Origin: Tannerellaceae bacterium | GTDB lineage: Bacteria > Bacteroidota > Bacteroidia > Bacteroidales > Tannerellaceae | NCBI GenBank assembly: GCA_036734445.1 | Contig: DAIMYP010000003.1 | Coordinates: forward strand, 63,854 to 95,853 | Length of the DNA stretch: 32,000 nt | Direction of reading: 5' to 3' | In this document: positions 1 to 8,492 of the stretch, one piece after another | Position numbering within the stretch: position 1 is the first letter of the stretch | Layout of the letters: each line of letters begins with the position of its first letter | Made by a program: the position numbers and the translations under genes | Notes under the pieces: generated by a model | The model's input: only the letters and a program-made list of their open reading frames with translations | The model's database searches: none | What the model was told of the DNA's origin: nothing

Positions 1-451
1 TCACGACTTTTGTACTTTCGATCTCAGCCGGAAGGAGTTGTAGAAACGACTGCATACCATAGAAAAGTCCTTGAGGTGTTTTAGCTTTAATTATAACGCC
101 TTTTGTGGATACTACTAAAGTATAGCCTTCATTGTTTACAGAAGCCAGTGTCGGATCGATCATTAAATCGATGTCACCTGAAGAGGCTTTGTTTGTTGTC
201 GTGATGTTGTAGCCGGTTGACAACTTCATCTTGGCAGCAAAGAATTCTGCCACTTTTTTCGATTCAGGAGTAGAGGCCGCAATTGCAGCGCCTCTGCTTA
301 GTTTGAACGTGCCTTCGTTTTGTGTCAAACTTACAGGTTGAGGAATAATATGGATTCCTTTATTATAAGGCATCTCTTTTGTTGTTCCTCCGCTACAAGC
401 TGTCAGTGCACAAAGAACTGCGCCCATACAGATTGAAATCAGTGTTTTCAT
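1..451 (-). CDS. beta-N-acetylhexosaminidase (GH20), N-terminal part; the gene continues past the window start
   Basis: Absent from the ORF track because it runs off the window edge. Reverse-strand translation from the ATG (complement of 449-451) reads MKTLISICMGAVLCALTACSGG (lipoprotein signal peptide plus Cys). It continues with IIPQPVSLTQNEGTFKL and EGYTLVVSTKGVIIKAKTPQGLFYGMQSFLQLLP, which are typical of the GH20 N-terminal domain. Confidence 0.75.
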   Translation of the reverse strand, partial: MKTLISICMGAVLCALTACSGGTTKEMPYNKGIHIIPQPVSLTQNEGTFKLSRGAAIAASTPESKKVAEFFAAKMKLSTGYNITTTNKASSGDIDLMIDPTLASVNNEGYTLVVSTKGVIIKAKTPQGLFYGMQSFLQLLPAEIESTKVV

Positions 452-463
452 ACGTTTATTGTT

Positions 464-1744
464 TTACCATGCGAAAATTGGATACTCTTTCATAATGCTG
501 TTAACTTTATTGCGAACAGCAGTAATTGTATTATCATTCAGTGGATCAGCTAGAACCGTATCAATCATTTCAACAATCTCACCCATCAATGCTTCTTTTG
601 CGCCACGAGTAGTGATTGCCGGTGTTCCAACTCTGATACCAGAAGTTTGGAAAGCTGAGCGACTGTCAAACGGTACCATATTCTTATTTACTGTGATATC
701 AGCTGCAACCAATGCTTTTTCAGCTACTTTACCTGTCAGTTCCGGGAATTTCTTCCTCAAATCAATCAGCATGCTGTGGTTGTCAGTACCATCGGAGATC
801 ACTTTATATCCTTTGTCCATGAAAGCCTGAGACATAACAGCAGCATTAGTCTTTACCTGCTTTTGATAAACTTTGAATGAAGGATCGAGAGCTTCGCCGA
901 AAGCAACTGCTTTGGCAGCAATAACATGTTCCAGCGGTCCGCCCTGGATGCCTGGAAAAACAGCAGAGTCAAGTAACTGAGACATTTTTTTGATTTCACC
1001 CTTTGGTGTGCGTTTGCCCCACGGATTCTCAAAATCTTTTCCTAACAGAATAATGCCACCACGTGGTCCGCGCAATGTTTTATGTGTTGTTGAGGTAACA
1101 ATATGAGCATATTCCAACGGGTTATTCAGTAATCCCGCTGCAATTAATCCTGCTGGGTGAGCCATATCAATCATCAGTAGTGCACCGACTTTATCGGCAA
1201 TTTCTCGCATACGTTTGTAATCCCATTCGCGTGAATAGGCAGAACCGCCCCCGATAATCAGTTTTGGCTTTTCTTTCAACGCCATTTCTTCCATGTGGTC
1301 GTAATCAACGCGACCTGTTGCTTCATTCAGATTGTATCCGACAGCTCTATATAAGATACCAGAACTGTTAACGGATGATCCGTGAGATAGGTGTCCGCCA
1401 TGAGCCAAGTTAAGTCCTAGCAATGTATCGCCTGGATTAAGAACAGCTAGAAGAACAGCCGCATTAGCTTGTGCTCCTGAGTGAGGCTGAACATTTGTCC
1501 ATTCGGCATGAAAAATTTCTTTCAACCGTTCAATGGCGATGGTTTCACTCTGATCAACAACTTCGCAACCTCCGTAATAACGTTTTCCGGGATATCCCTC
1601 GGCGTATTTGTTGGTCATACAACTTCCCATGGCTTGCATTACCTGGTCGCTTACAAAGTTCTCTGAAGCAATCAACTCCATACCCTTGAGTTGGCGCTGA
1701 TGTTCTTTCTCAATGATGTCGAAAATGATATTGTCTCTTTTCAT
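464..1744 (-). CDS. glyA: serine hydroxymethyltransferase
   Basis: 426-aa ORF with canonical SHMT sequence ([21 protein letters not shown], the PLP-lysine motif [14 protein letters not shown]) and typical length. Confidence 0.97.
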   Translation of the reverse strand: MKRDNIIFDIIEKEHQRQLKGMELIASENFVSDQVMQAMGSCMTNKYAEGYPGKRYYGGCEVVDQSETIAIERLKEIFHAEWTNVQPHSGAQANAAVLLAVLNPGDTLLGLNLAHGGHLSHGSSVNSSGILYRAVGYNLNEATGRVDYDHMEEMALKEKPKLIIGGGSAYSREWDYKRMREIADKVGALLMIDMAHPAGLIAAGLLNNPLEYAHIVTSTTHKTLRGPRGGIILLGKDFENPWGKRTPKGEIKKMSQLLDSAVFPGIQGGPLEHVIAAKAVAFGEALDPSFKVYQKQVKTNAAVMSQAFMDKGYKVISDGTDNHSMLIDLRKKFPELTGKVAEKALVAADITVNKNMVPFDSRSAFQTSGIRVGTPAITTRGAKEALMGEIVEMIDTVLADPLNDNTITAVRNKVNSIMKEYPIFAW

Positions 1745-1806
1745 TACATGTGTAAATTTGGTTATACCAATGATTCCTCAATATTCACTATTGTAGAGGA
1801 TTGTTG

Positions 1807-1814
1807 CAAATGTA
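1807..1814 (-). promoter_or_regulatory. Bacteroidota -7 promoter box (TACATTTG on the minus strand) for glyA
   Basis: Exact match to TAnnTTTG, about 60 nt upstream of the glyA start and in the correct orientation. Confidence 0.5.
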
Positions 1815-1870
1815 CGATAAATATTTGTATGTAGAAATAAAACTCTTCTGAAATGTATTGTGTTAATGAT

Positions 1871-2926
1871 TTATTCTATTTTTATGACAGTTTGTTCGTG
1901 ACTGCTTTTAATTGCTGCTTCAATAAGTTGAATGACGGGTAGTACATCTTTTGCATCAGTTATTAGTGCTTCCTTGTAACGTAAATGGGCAAATATGTTT
2001 GCATAAAATTCAGCATAATTGCCTGCTACACTTGGATATTTACCACTGAACGATGAGCCTCCTTTTTCGGTGCGAAGTAATCCCCATATACTTTCATTTT
2101 CTTCGCCCCAATGCGGTGAATTAGGCTTTTTCCCTGCATTAAGATCAGCTTCCTGACAATCGAAGCCGTATTTTATATATGAACCTTCTGTTCCGTGGAG
2201 TATGAAACGCGGCTCAGGTTCACACATCAAATAGCTTGATTTAAGTGTTACTTTTAGGCTTGGAACTTTTGAAGGATGAATAAAATGAATTAAGAAATAG
2301 TCGTCCACTATTCCATTTGTACGCATAGTATCAATGTCCGCATATAGTGCTTCAGGCACTCCAAAAAGTTGGACAGCCTGATCAATTACATGTGAACCTA
2401 GGTTATAAATCAATCCACCGCCCTGTTCTCCTGTTTCTTTCCAAGTATTCTGTTTAATATAATTGCGATATCGTGGGAAAGTAGATTCGAATTCTACCAA
2501 TCTTCCCAATAGTTCGTAATCAATAATTTCTTTTATAGTCAAGAAATCTGAATCCCATCGCCTATTTTGAAAGACACTTAACATTAATCCTTTTTGTTTT
2601 GCTAGAGTAATTAGTTCTTTGCCTTCTTCAGTAGTTGTGCAGAATGGTTTTTCAATAATCACATTCTTTCCGGCTTTGAGTGCTTGTCGTGCAAATGGAT
2701 AATGTGTGCTGTCTGGTGTATTGATGACAACAATTTCAACATCTGAAGCCAGCAATTCCTCAAGGCTTCTCATTATATGTACTTGAGGATAACGAACTTT
2801 CGAAAGATCTTTGCTGCGTTCAACAATCGCAGTCAGTTCAAAATTCATATTTGTACTGATAAATGGTGCGTGAAATATCTGTCCTGACATACCAAATGCT
2901 GCTAGTCCTATCTTTATTTTTTTCAT
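1871..2926 (-). CDS. Gfo/Idh/MocA family NAD(P)-dependent oxidoreductase
   Basis: 351 aa. N-terminal Rossmann motif IKIGLAAFGMSG, the EKP motif (VIIEKPF), and a C-terminal alpha/beta domain typical of the family. Confidence 0.85.
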   Translation of the reverse strand: MKKIKIGLAAFGMSGQIFHAPFISTNMNFELTAIVERSKDLSKVRYPQVHIMRSLEELLASDVEIVVINTPDSTHYPFARQALKAGKNVIIEKPFCTTTEEGKELITLAKQKGLMLSVFQNRRWDSDFLTIKEIIDYELLGRLVEFESTFPRYRNYIKQNTWKETGEQGGGLIYNLGSHVIDQAVQLFGVPEALYADIDTMRTNGIVDDYFLIHFIHPSKVPSLKVTLKSSYLMCEPEPRFILHGTEGSYIKYGFDCQEADLNAGKKPNSPHWGEENESIWGLLRTEKGGSSFSGKYPSVAGNYAEFYANIFAHLRYKEALITDAKDVLPVIQLIEAAIKSSHEQTVIKIE

Positions 2927-3152
2927 AAATTTTATATTACCATTAATGGATTCATTGTTCCTTCCGTTGCAATATTATTCATAATTTGTGAGATGAGCAA
3001 TATCTCTTTATGAAAAGTGGAACTTTATTTTTTAAGTATAAAATGTATGTATTTTTTTGGGAAATAAATTGTTAAAAGGAATGTGAGATGGAACAATGTA
3101 CGATGACATGCTAAAAGTAAAAGTAAGATATGAGTTATATGCATAAAATGAT

Positions 3153-3160
3153 TATATTTG
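3153..3160 (+). promoter_or_regulatory. Bacteroidota -7 promoter box (TATATTTG) for the 3231 gene
   Basis: Exact TAnnTTTG match about 70 nt upstream of the start codon. The identical octamer recurs at three other promoter positions in this window. Confidence 0.5.
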
Positions 3161-3230
3161 CCAATATCCAATAAATATATCTTTTCTCTTTTAAGTAGAT
3201 TGCATTATAAAATATGGAGTTAAGGAGGAA

Positions 3231-4757
3231 ATGTTGATGAAAAAAGTTTTAGGTTTGGTCATGATTGTTTTGATATGTCACAGTATGGAAGGATGGGCAC
3301 AAGATTTGCGAGATATTGTTTCTGACGATGATCTTTCGTTCTTGAAGATGATGACTGTTACGGTTATAGATAGTTCATGCGTGCATACAGGACAGAGCGT
3401 AAGTATTTTGTCCGGTCAGAACAAAACCGGTGGAACATTAATACTTCCCGGAGCTAGAGGCTGTTATCCGGCATTTTGGATTCGCGATTATGCCATGGCA
3501 CTCGATTGTGGTATTATTGCTCAAAAAGCACAACAGCACATGTTGAATGTGACGGCAAAGACGCAGTGTACTCAGACTTGGATTACAAAAAATGGGTGTT
3601 TGATCCCGTTTGGTTCGGTGGCAGACCATGTAAGGATAAATGATGGGTTGCCTGTCTATTTTCCTGGCACATATAGTTATGAGGAGCAAGGAGATGGAAG
3701 ATGGGGAATGACTCCACCATACACTGATCAGTTCCTTTTTATCCACATGGCTTACTGTTATACGAGAATGTTTGAAATGAGCAAAGTTCTTAGGAAGTCT
3801 ATCGGAGGCTATGAATTGATGAATCGACTCGAATGGTCTTTCAATGTGCCGCCATCGCATAAGGATAATCAGATTGTTTATACTACAAGTGATTTTAGAG
3901 GCGTCGATTTTGGATTTCGCGATGCGATTGTCATTGAAGGTGATTTGGCAATTTCTTCAGTCTACAAATATCGTGCTGCAAAGGAAATGGCTGAGTTATT
4001 TGGTCTTTTGGGAAATAAGGTGAAGATGAAATATTACAATAATGTTGCTGCAGCGTTGAAAAAAAATATCCCAGTTGTATTCTGTAACAAAAGAGGACTT
4101 TTGATGGCGGGAACAAAATTAGGACGGCAGGGCGATGTTTGGAGTACAGCTTTGGCTGTATATTTTGGAATTCTTGAGAATGAAGATAAAGAAAAAGCCT
4201 GTCGTGCGTTGGCTGAAGGTTATAAACATAAAATGTTGTCCTATAAAGGGAACATTCGCCATGTAATGTGTGATGAAGACTTCAGTGAATTGTCGATGTG
4301 GGAAGTCGGTAAACAAAATAATTTACCCAAAAAGGGAACATACCAGAATGGTGCCTATTGGGGGACAGCTACAGGATGGGTTTGTTATGCTATAGCTCAA
4401 GTCGATATGGCTGCGGCACAACAGTTGGCAAAAGAATATATCACAGATCTGCGAGAAAATGATTTTCGTCAAGGAGGAAATTGCGGTGCACCTTATGAAT
4501 GTTTCAATGTGGATTATGCTCAAAATCCTATTTATATGACAACTGTTGCATCACCACTAGATGCTTTTCTTGTGATGAAAGGTCAGTCTTGGTGGCAAAA
4601 GAAAAGCAACGAATTGACAGGCCTTACGACCTTTGGTGGAGGCGGAAGCGAATCTTCATATTTTGACACGATTGATAGCGCTATTACTGAAGAATCTCTC
4701 AATCCATTGAAAACGCGAGTTGAAGAAATGAACCATACTCCCGACGTAGAACATTGA
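3231..4757 (+). CDS. secreted hypothetical protein, possibly an (alpha/alpha)6 six-hairpin glycosidase-like fold
   Basis: 508-aa ORF with an N-terminal signal peptide (MKKVLGLVMIVLICHSMEGWAQD). Motifs AFWIRDYAMA and YQNGAYWGTATGW resemble WxRD and YxNGxxW motifs of six-hairpin GH families, but I cannot assign a family. The start may be ATG 3237 rather than 3231. The last ~34 codons overlap the convergent gene. Confidence 0.6.
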   Translation: MLMKKVLGLVMIVLICHSMEGWAQDLRDIVSDDDLSFLKMMTVTVIDSSCVHTGQSVSILSGQNKTGGTLILPGARGCYPAFWIRDYAMALDCGIIAQKAQQHMLNVTAKTQCTQTWITKNGCLIPFGSVADHVRINDGLPVYFPGTYSYEEQGDGRWGMTPPYTDQFLFIHMAYCYTRMFEMSKVLRKSIGGYELMNRLEWSFNVPPSHKDNQIVYTTSDFRGVDFGFRDAIVIEGDLAISSVYKYRAAKEMAELFGLLGNKVKMKYYNNVAAALKKNIPVVFCNKRGLLMAGTKLGRQGDVWSTALAVYFGILENEDKEKACRALAEGYKHKMLSYKGNIRHVMCDEDFSELSMWEVGKQNNLPKKGTYQNGAYWGTATGWVCYAIAQVDMAAAQQLAKEYITDLRENDFRQGGNCGAPYECFNVDYAQNPIYMTTVASPLDAFLVMKGQSWWQKKSNELTGLTTFGGGGSESSYFDTIDSAITEESLNPLKTRVEEMNHTPDVEH

Positions 4758-5360
4758 GAACAATGTACCGACTCCAATAAGTTTCCAGTCCCAATGACCG
4801 AAGAAAATGAAGCAGCAGACAATGCCGATGAAAACGAGCGTGGTGTCGCTGCCAATCTTGACTTTTCCAAATTCAATGTTGAAGGTTTTCGAAACAGCTT
4901 GGAAGAATCCTTCGTAAGCCATCAGCAAGACTTTGCAATGGACTTCTAGGGTGATGCCGTAAGCCATAATTGCCCCTCCGGCGCAAAGCTGAAGGAAGCG
5001 GATAAGATAGCCTGATAGTGTACTGTCGAACTGGAAAGGTATAGTCATCCACATCGTTAGATCGGTATAGAATCCAAAAAACAGACTGATTACGATCTGT
5101 AACAGCTGGATTTTTTCATAGTTTTTTCTTAACAATAGAATCTGAGTCAGTATAAGCATCATTTGTATGCAAATGATGTATTCGCCCATCGTTAACGGCG
5201 AACCAGGAACCAGACTTAGTATGTATGGCGGGCAAGAAATGGGCGACGATCCTAGATTGGCACGGATGGAAAGCGATGTGCCGAGGGCAATAAGAAAGAG
5301 AGAGATAAAGAAAACTGTGTATCTGCGCAGTAATTCATTTTTGTTTTTGTTTTGTTTCAT
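4656..5360 (-). CDS. YczE-like (DUF6198-type) integral membrane protein
   Basis: 234 aa with multiple hydrophobic helices. The N-terminal motif LIALGTSLSIRANLGSSPISCPPYIL resembles YczE/YitT-like membrane proteins. It is divergent from a LysR regulator. Confidence 0.65.
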   Translation of the reverse strand: MKQNKNKNELLRRYTVFFISLFLIALGTSLSIRANLGSSPISCPPYILSLVPGSPLTMGEYIICIQMMLILTQILLLRKNYEKIQLLQIVISLFFGFYTDLTMWMTIPFQFDSTLSGYLIRFLQLCAGGAIMAYGITLEVHCKVLLMAYEGFFQAVSKTFNIEFGKVKIGSDTTLVFIGIVCCFIFFGHWDWKLIGVGTLFSMFYVGSMVHFFNSRFQWIERFFSNSAINRVKI

Positions 5361-5427
5361 CGTATGAATTAATATGCTTTATTGTTATTTTTCGGAGGCG
5401 AAAGTAAGAAAAAGGATTTTTTGCACT

Positions 5428-5435
5428 TATATTTG
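5428..5435 (+). promoter_or_regulatory. Bacteroidota -7 promoter box (TATATTTG) for the LysR gene
   Basis: Exact TAnnTTTG match 40 nt upstream of ATG 5475. Confidence 0.45.
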
Positions 5436-5474
5436 CTCTATGAATTGTTTTTATTGTTTTAATTGATTTTGCTA

Positions 5475-6365
5475 ATGGAACTTACTCAATTGAAGTATTT
5501 TGTGAAGCTTGCTGAAGAGTTGAGTTTCACTGAAGCGGCGAAGAAGCTGTTCATCACGCAGAGTGCACTCTCGCTCAGTATCAAGAAGTTGGAAGAAGAA
5601 TGTACTACGCCGCTTTTCGACCGCATTGGCAAATATACATACTTGACGGAAGCGGGAACAACTTTTGCAGATTTTGCACAGCGGGCTATCAAAGAAGTTG
5701 AGACGGGAATGAAATGCATACAGGAAAAAAATGGCATTTATACGGGGAAACTGCAGGTAGGAGTAGTGTACAGTCTTCGTGATATTCTGAACGAGTGCGT
5801 CCTGGAGTTTACGCAAAAATATCCCGAAGCAGGACTGAGTATCGTTGAAACTAATTCGGTGAGGGAGCTAGCTGATCTTGTGCTTAAGGGTAAAATAGAT
5901 TTTGCTCTCACTTACAAGTCCAAGATGATGTCGCCACTGCTAGAATGTTCGATGCTTTTCGAGACGCCATTGTGCGTCATTGCACAAAAGGATCATCCTG
6001 TAACAGCAAACATGAGAATATCTCTTAAGCGACTGAAAAAGTATCCATTTGTATTCTTTCCCCAAGGAATCCATACGCGGATGGAAATCGAGCAAATGTT
6101 TATCAAAAAGAATCTACCTGTACTGACACCGCGTATCGAAGTGAACGATGCGAGTCTGATTTTGCAACTTGTTAGTTCAGGTCGCTGGTTGACAATTCTC
6201 TCGGAAGGCGTTGTTGAAAGCTGGGAAAATTTGAAGGCAATTCCTATAACTGGTGCTGCGGAGAAACTTAAAGGTTGTTTGATCCGTCCTAAAGAAAAGT
6301 TTATGCCCATACTCGAACACGAATTCTATCGCATTGTGAAGGAGCATTGGGGAAAAACTGTATAG
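5475..6365 (+). CDS. LysR family transcriptional regulator
   Basis: N-terminal wHTH MELTQLKYFVKLAEELSFTEAAKKLFITQSALSLSIKKLEEE followed by a LysR substrate-binding domain. The track ORF starts at a TTG (5463); the in-frame ATG at 5475 is the more likely start. Confidence 0.92.
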   Translation: MELTQLKYFVKLAEELSFTEAAKKLFITQSALSLSIKKLEEECTTPLFDRIGKYTYLTEAGTTFADFAQRAIKEVETGMKCIQEKNGIYTGKLQVGVVYSLRDILNECVLEFTQKYPEAGLSIVETNSVRELADLVLKGKIDFALTYKSKMMSPLLECSMLFETPLCVIAQKDHPVTANMRISLKRLKKYPFVFFPQGIHTRMEIEQMFIKKNLPVLTPRIEVNDASLILQLVSSGRWLTILSEGVVESWENLKAIPITGAAEKLKGCLIRPKEKFMPILEHEFYRIVKEHWGKTV

Positions 6366-6412
6366 GGCGGAAGAATACTTTCTCTTTTCTTTGTACTTCA
6401 AGGATTTTTAGG

Positions 6413-6420
6413 TATTTTTG
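6413..6420 (+). promoter_or_regulatory. Bacteroidota -7 promoter box (TATTTTTG) for the tetR-fabG-rluA-like operon
   Basis: Exact TAnnTTTG match 26 nt upstream of ATG 6446. Confidence 0.5.
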
Positions 6421-6421
6421 C

Positions 6422-6444
6422 GCACAGTTTTAAACAAAATGTGC
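6422..6444. promoter_or_regulatory. 23-bp imperfect palindrome, candidate TetR operator
   Basis: GCACAGTTTTAAACAAAATGTGC pairs at 8 of 11 positions around centre 6433. It lies between the -7 box and the tetR start codon, over the expected transcription start. Confidence 0.4.
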
Positions 6445-6445
6445 A

Positions 6446-7045
6446 ATGTCGATTATAGTTTCTAAAACACGGGATATGTTGATTGATGTGGCAAGACAGT
6501 TGTTTGCCCGGATTGGTGTCGACGATACTACGATGAATGATATTGCAATGGCTTCAAAGAAGGGGCGTCGTACACTATACACGTATTTCAAAAATAAGAA
6601 TGAAATCTATCAGGCTGTTGTGGAGACTGAATTAAATAGGCTCTATAAGATGTTGCAAGATGTGGCGGTAAAAGATTTGCCTGCTGACGAAAAATTAATC
6701 ACTTTCATATATACTCGCTTGGATGCTATCAAGGCAATTGTATTGCGCAACGGAACGCTTAGGGCAAATTTCTTTCGTGATATCTGGCGTGTCGAGAAGG
6801 TGCGCAAGAACTTTGATATACGTGAAACAGAATTGATTAAAGGCATACTTGAGGCAGGTATTAAGGAACATGTGTTCGAAATGCCAGATGTTGGCATTAC
6901 AGCAGTCGTGTTGCACCATGCGCTTAAAGGACTTGAAGTTCCTTACATACGTGGAAGTATGGGCGATACGACTAATCAACGCCTGAGACGTAAGGATAAT
7001 GTTGTGAATTTGATTTTTAATGGAATAAAAATAAAAAAATTATAA
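6446..7045 (+). CDS. TetR/AcrR family transcriptional regulator
   Basis: 199 aa. N-terminal TetR HTH (ARQLFARIGVDDTTMNDIAMASKKGRRTLYTYFKNKNEIY) and an all-helical C-terminal domain. Confidence 0.9.
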   Translation: MSIIVSKTRDMLIDVARQLFARIGVDDTTMNDIAMASKKGRRTLYTYFKNKNEIYQAVVETELNRLYKMLQDVAVKDLPADEKLITFIYTRLDAIKAIVLRNGTLRANFFRDIWRVEKVRKNFDIRETELIKGILEAGIKEHVFEMPDVGITAVVLHHALKGLEVPYIRGSMGDTTNQRLRRKDNVVNLIFNGIKIKKL

Positions 7046-7055
7046 ACATATTGAT

Positions 7056-7802
7056 ATGAAATTATTAGATGGAAAAGTGGCTGTTATCACAGGTGCAGCC
7101 CGTGGAATTGGCAAAGCCATCGCTTTGAAGTTTGCTTCGGAAGGAGCAGATATTGCATTTACAGATTTGGTAATCGATGAGAATGGTTTGGCAACTCAGA
7201 ATGAGATTGAAGCTCTTGGTGTGAAAGCTAAAGGTTATGCATCGAACGCTGCAAATTTTGAAGAAACTCATAATGTGATTGCCGAGATCGTGAAAGATTT
7301 TGGTCGTATTGATATTCTTGTAAATAATGCAGGTATCACAAAAGACGGATTAATGCTTCGTATGACGGAAGCACAGTGGGATGCAGTTATCGCTGTCAAT
7401 TTGAAGTCTGCATTCAACTTCATCCATGCATCTTTGCCTACGATGATGCATCAGAGAAGTGGAAATATTATTAATATGGCATCCGTCGTTGGTGTTCATG
7501 GTAATGCTAGTCAAGCTAATTACGCTTCATCGAAGGCTGGCCTGATTGCTTTAGCTAAATCTATCGCTCAGGAAATGGGTCCGAAGGGTATTCGTGCCAA
7601 TGCAATTGCTCCAGGTTTTATTGAGACGGCAATGACAGCTGCCTTACCGGATAAGATTCGCGAAGAGTGGATTAAGAAGATTCCATTACGCCGTGGAGGT
7701 CAGGTTGAAGATATCGCCAATATCGCTACATTCTTGGCATCAGACATGTCGTCATATGTCTCTGGACAGGTAATCCAGGTCGATGGCGGAATGAATATGT
7801 AA
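7056..7802 (+). CDS. fabG: 3-oxoacyl-[acyl-carrier-protein] reductase
   Basis: 248-aa SDR with TGAARGIGKAIA, NNAGIT and YASSKAG motifs and the C-terminal SYVSGQVIQVDGGMNM typical of FabG. Confidence 0.88.
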   Translation: MKLLDGKVAVITGAARGIGKAIALKFASEGADIAFTDLVIDENGLATQNEIEALGVKAKGYASNAANFEETHNVIAEIVKDFGRIDILVNNAGITKDGLMLRMTEAQWDAVIAVNLKSAFNFIHASLPTMMHQRSGNIINMASVVGVHGNASQANYASSKAGLIALAKSIAQEMGPKGIRANAIAPGFIETAMTAALPDKIREEWIKKIPLRRGGQVEDIANIATFLASDMSSYVSGQVIQVDGGMNM

Positions 7803-7811
7803 TATTGTTTT

Positions 7812-8492
7812 ATGGAAGTTATTTACGAAGATAATCATATCATTGCAGTTGATAAGACATGTAGTGAGATTGTTCAAGGAGATAAGACCGGTGATGCTCC
7901 TCTTTCTGACATGCTTAAGGTATGGCTGAAAGAGAAGTATGCCAAACCGGGAAATGTATTTGTCGGTGTTACACATCGCTTGGATCGTCCCGTGAGCGGT
8001 GTTGTCATTTTTGCAAAGACTAGCAAGGCTCTAACCCGCATGAATGACATGTTTCGTGATGGCGAAGTAAAGAAAATCTATTGGGCAATTGTGAAAAACG
8101 AGCCACCAACACATGAGGGTGAACTTGTGAACTGGCTTGTACGCAATGAAAAACAGAATAAAAGCTATGCGTACGATAGCGAACGACCGGATGCTAAAAA
8201 AGCAGTTCTCGATTATAAGGTGATTGCTCGCTCAGATCATTATTTTCTGCTTGAGATTGAGTTGAAGACAGGGCGACATCATCAGATTCGTTGTCAATTG
8301 GCAAAGATCGGCTGTCCAATCAAAGGCGACTTGAAATATGGTTTCGCGCGTTCGAATCCCGATGGTGGAATTAGTCTACATGCGCGAAGTGCCGAATTTA
8401 TACATCCTGTTTCAAAACAAAATGTTAAGATTGTGGCACCTGTTCCCGATGAAAATTTGTGGAAAGCGCTTACTTCTTCATTGACTGAATAA
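7812..8492 (+). CDS. RluA family RNA pseudouridine synthase (short form, no S4 domain)
   Basis: 226 aa. Catalytic motif HRLDRPVSGVVIFAKT and the GRHHQIR motif. It starts 9 nt after fabG. Confidence 0.85.
   Translation: MEVIYEDNHIIAVDKTCSEIVQGDKTGDAPLSDMLKVWLKEKYAKPGNVFVGVTHRLDRPVSGVVIFAKTSKALTRMNDMFRDGEVKKIYWAIVKNEPPTHEGELVNWLVRNEKQNKSYAYDSERPDAKKAVLDYKVIARSDHYFLLEIELKTGRHHQIRCQLAKIGCPIKGDLKYGFARSNPDGGISLHARSAEFIHPVSKQNVKIVAPVPDENLWKALTSSLTE

Noticed and set aside
459-830. 123-aa plus-strand ORF overlapping glyA
   Set aside because: It lies entirely antisense to a high-confidence glyA. Its translation is low-complexity, with no recognisable motif or plausible start context. It is a shadow ORF.
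4635-4649. GGTGGAGGCGGAAGC encoding GGGGS, identical in form to a synthetic G4S linker, in the tail of the 508-aa ORF
   Set aside because: It is a single copy with no flanking cloning scars, tags or fused domain. A 5-residue Gly/Ser run is easily explained by chance, so I do not take it as evidence of engineering.
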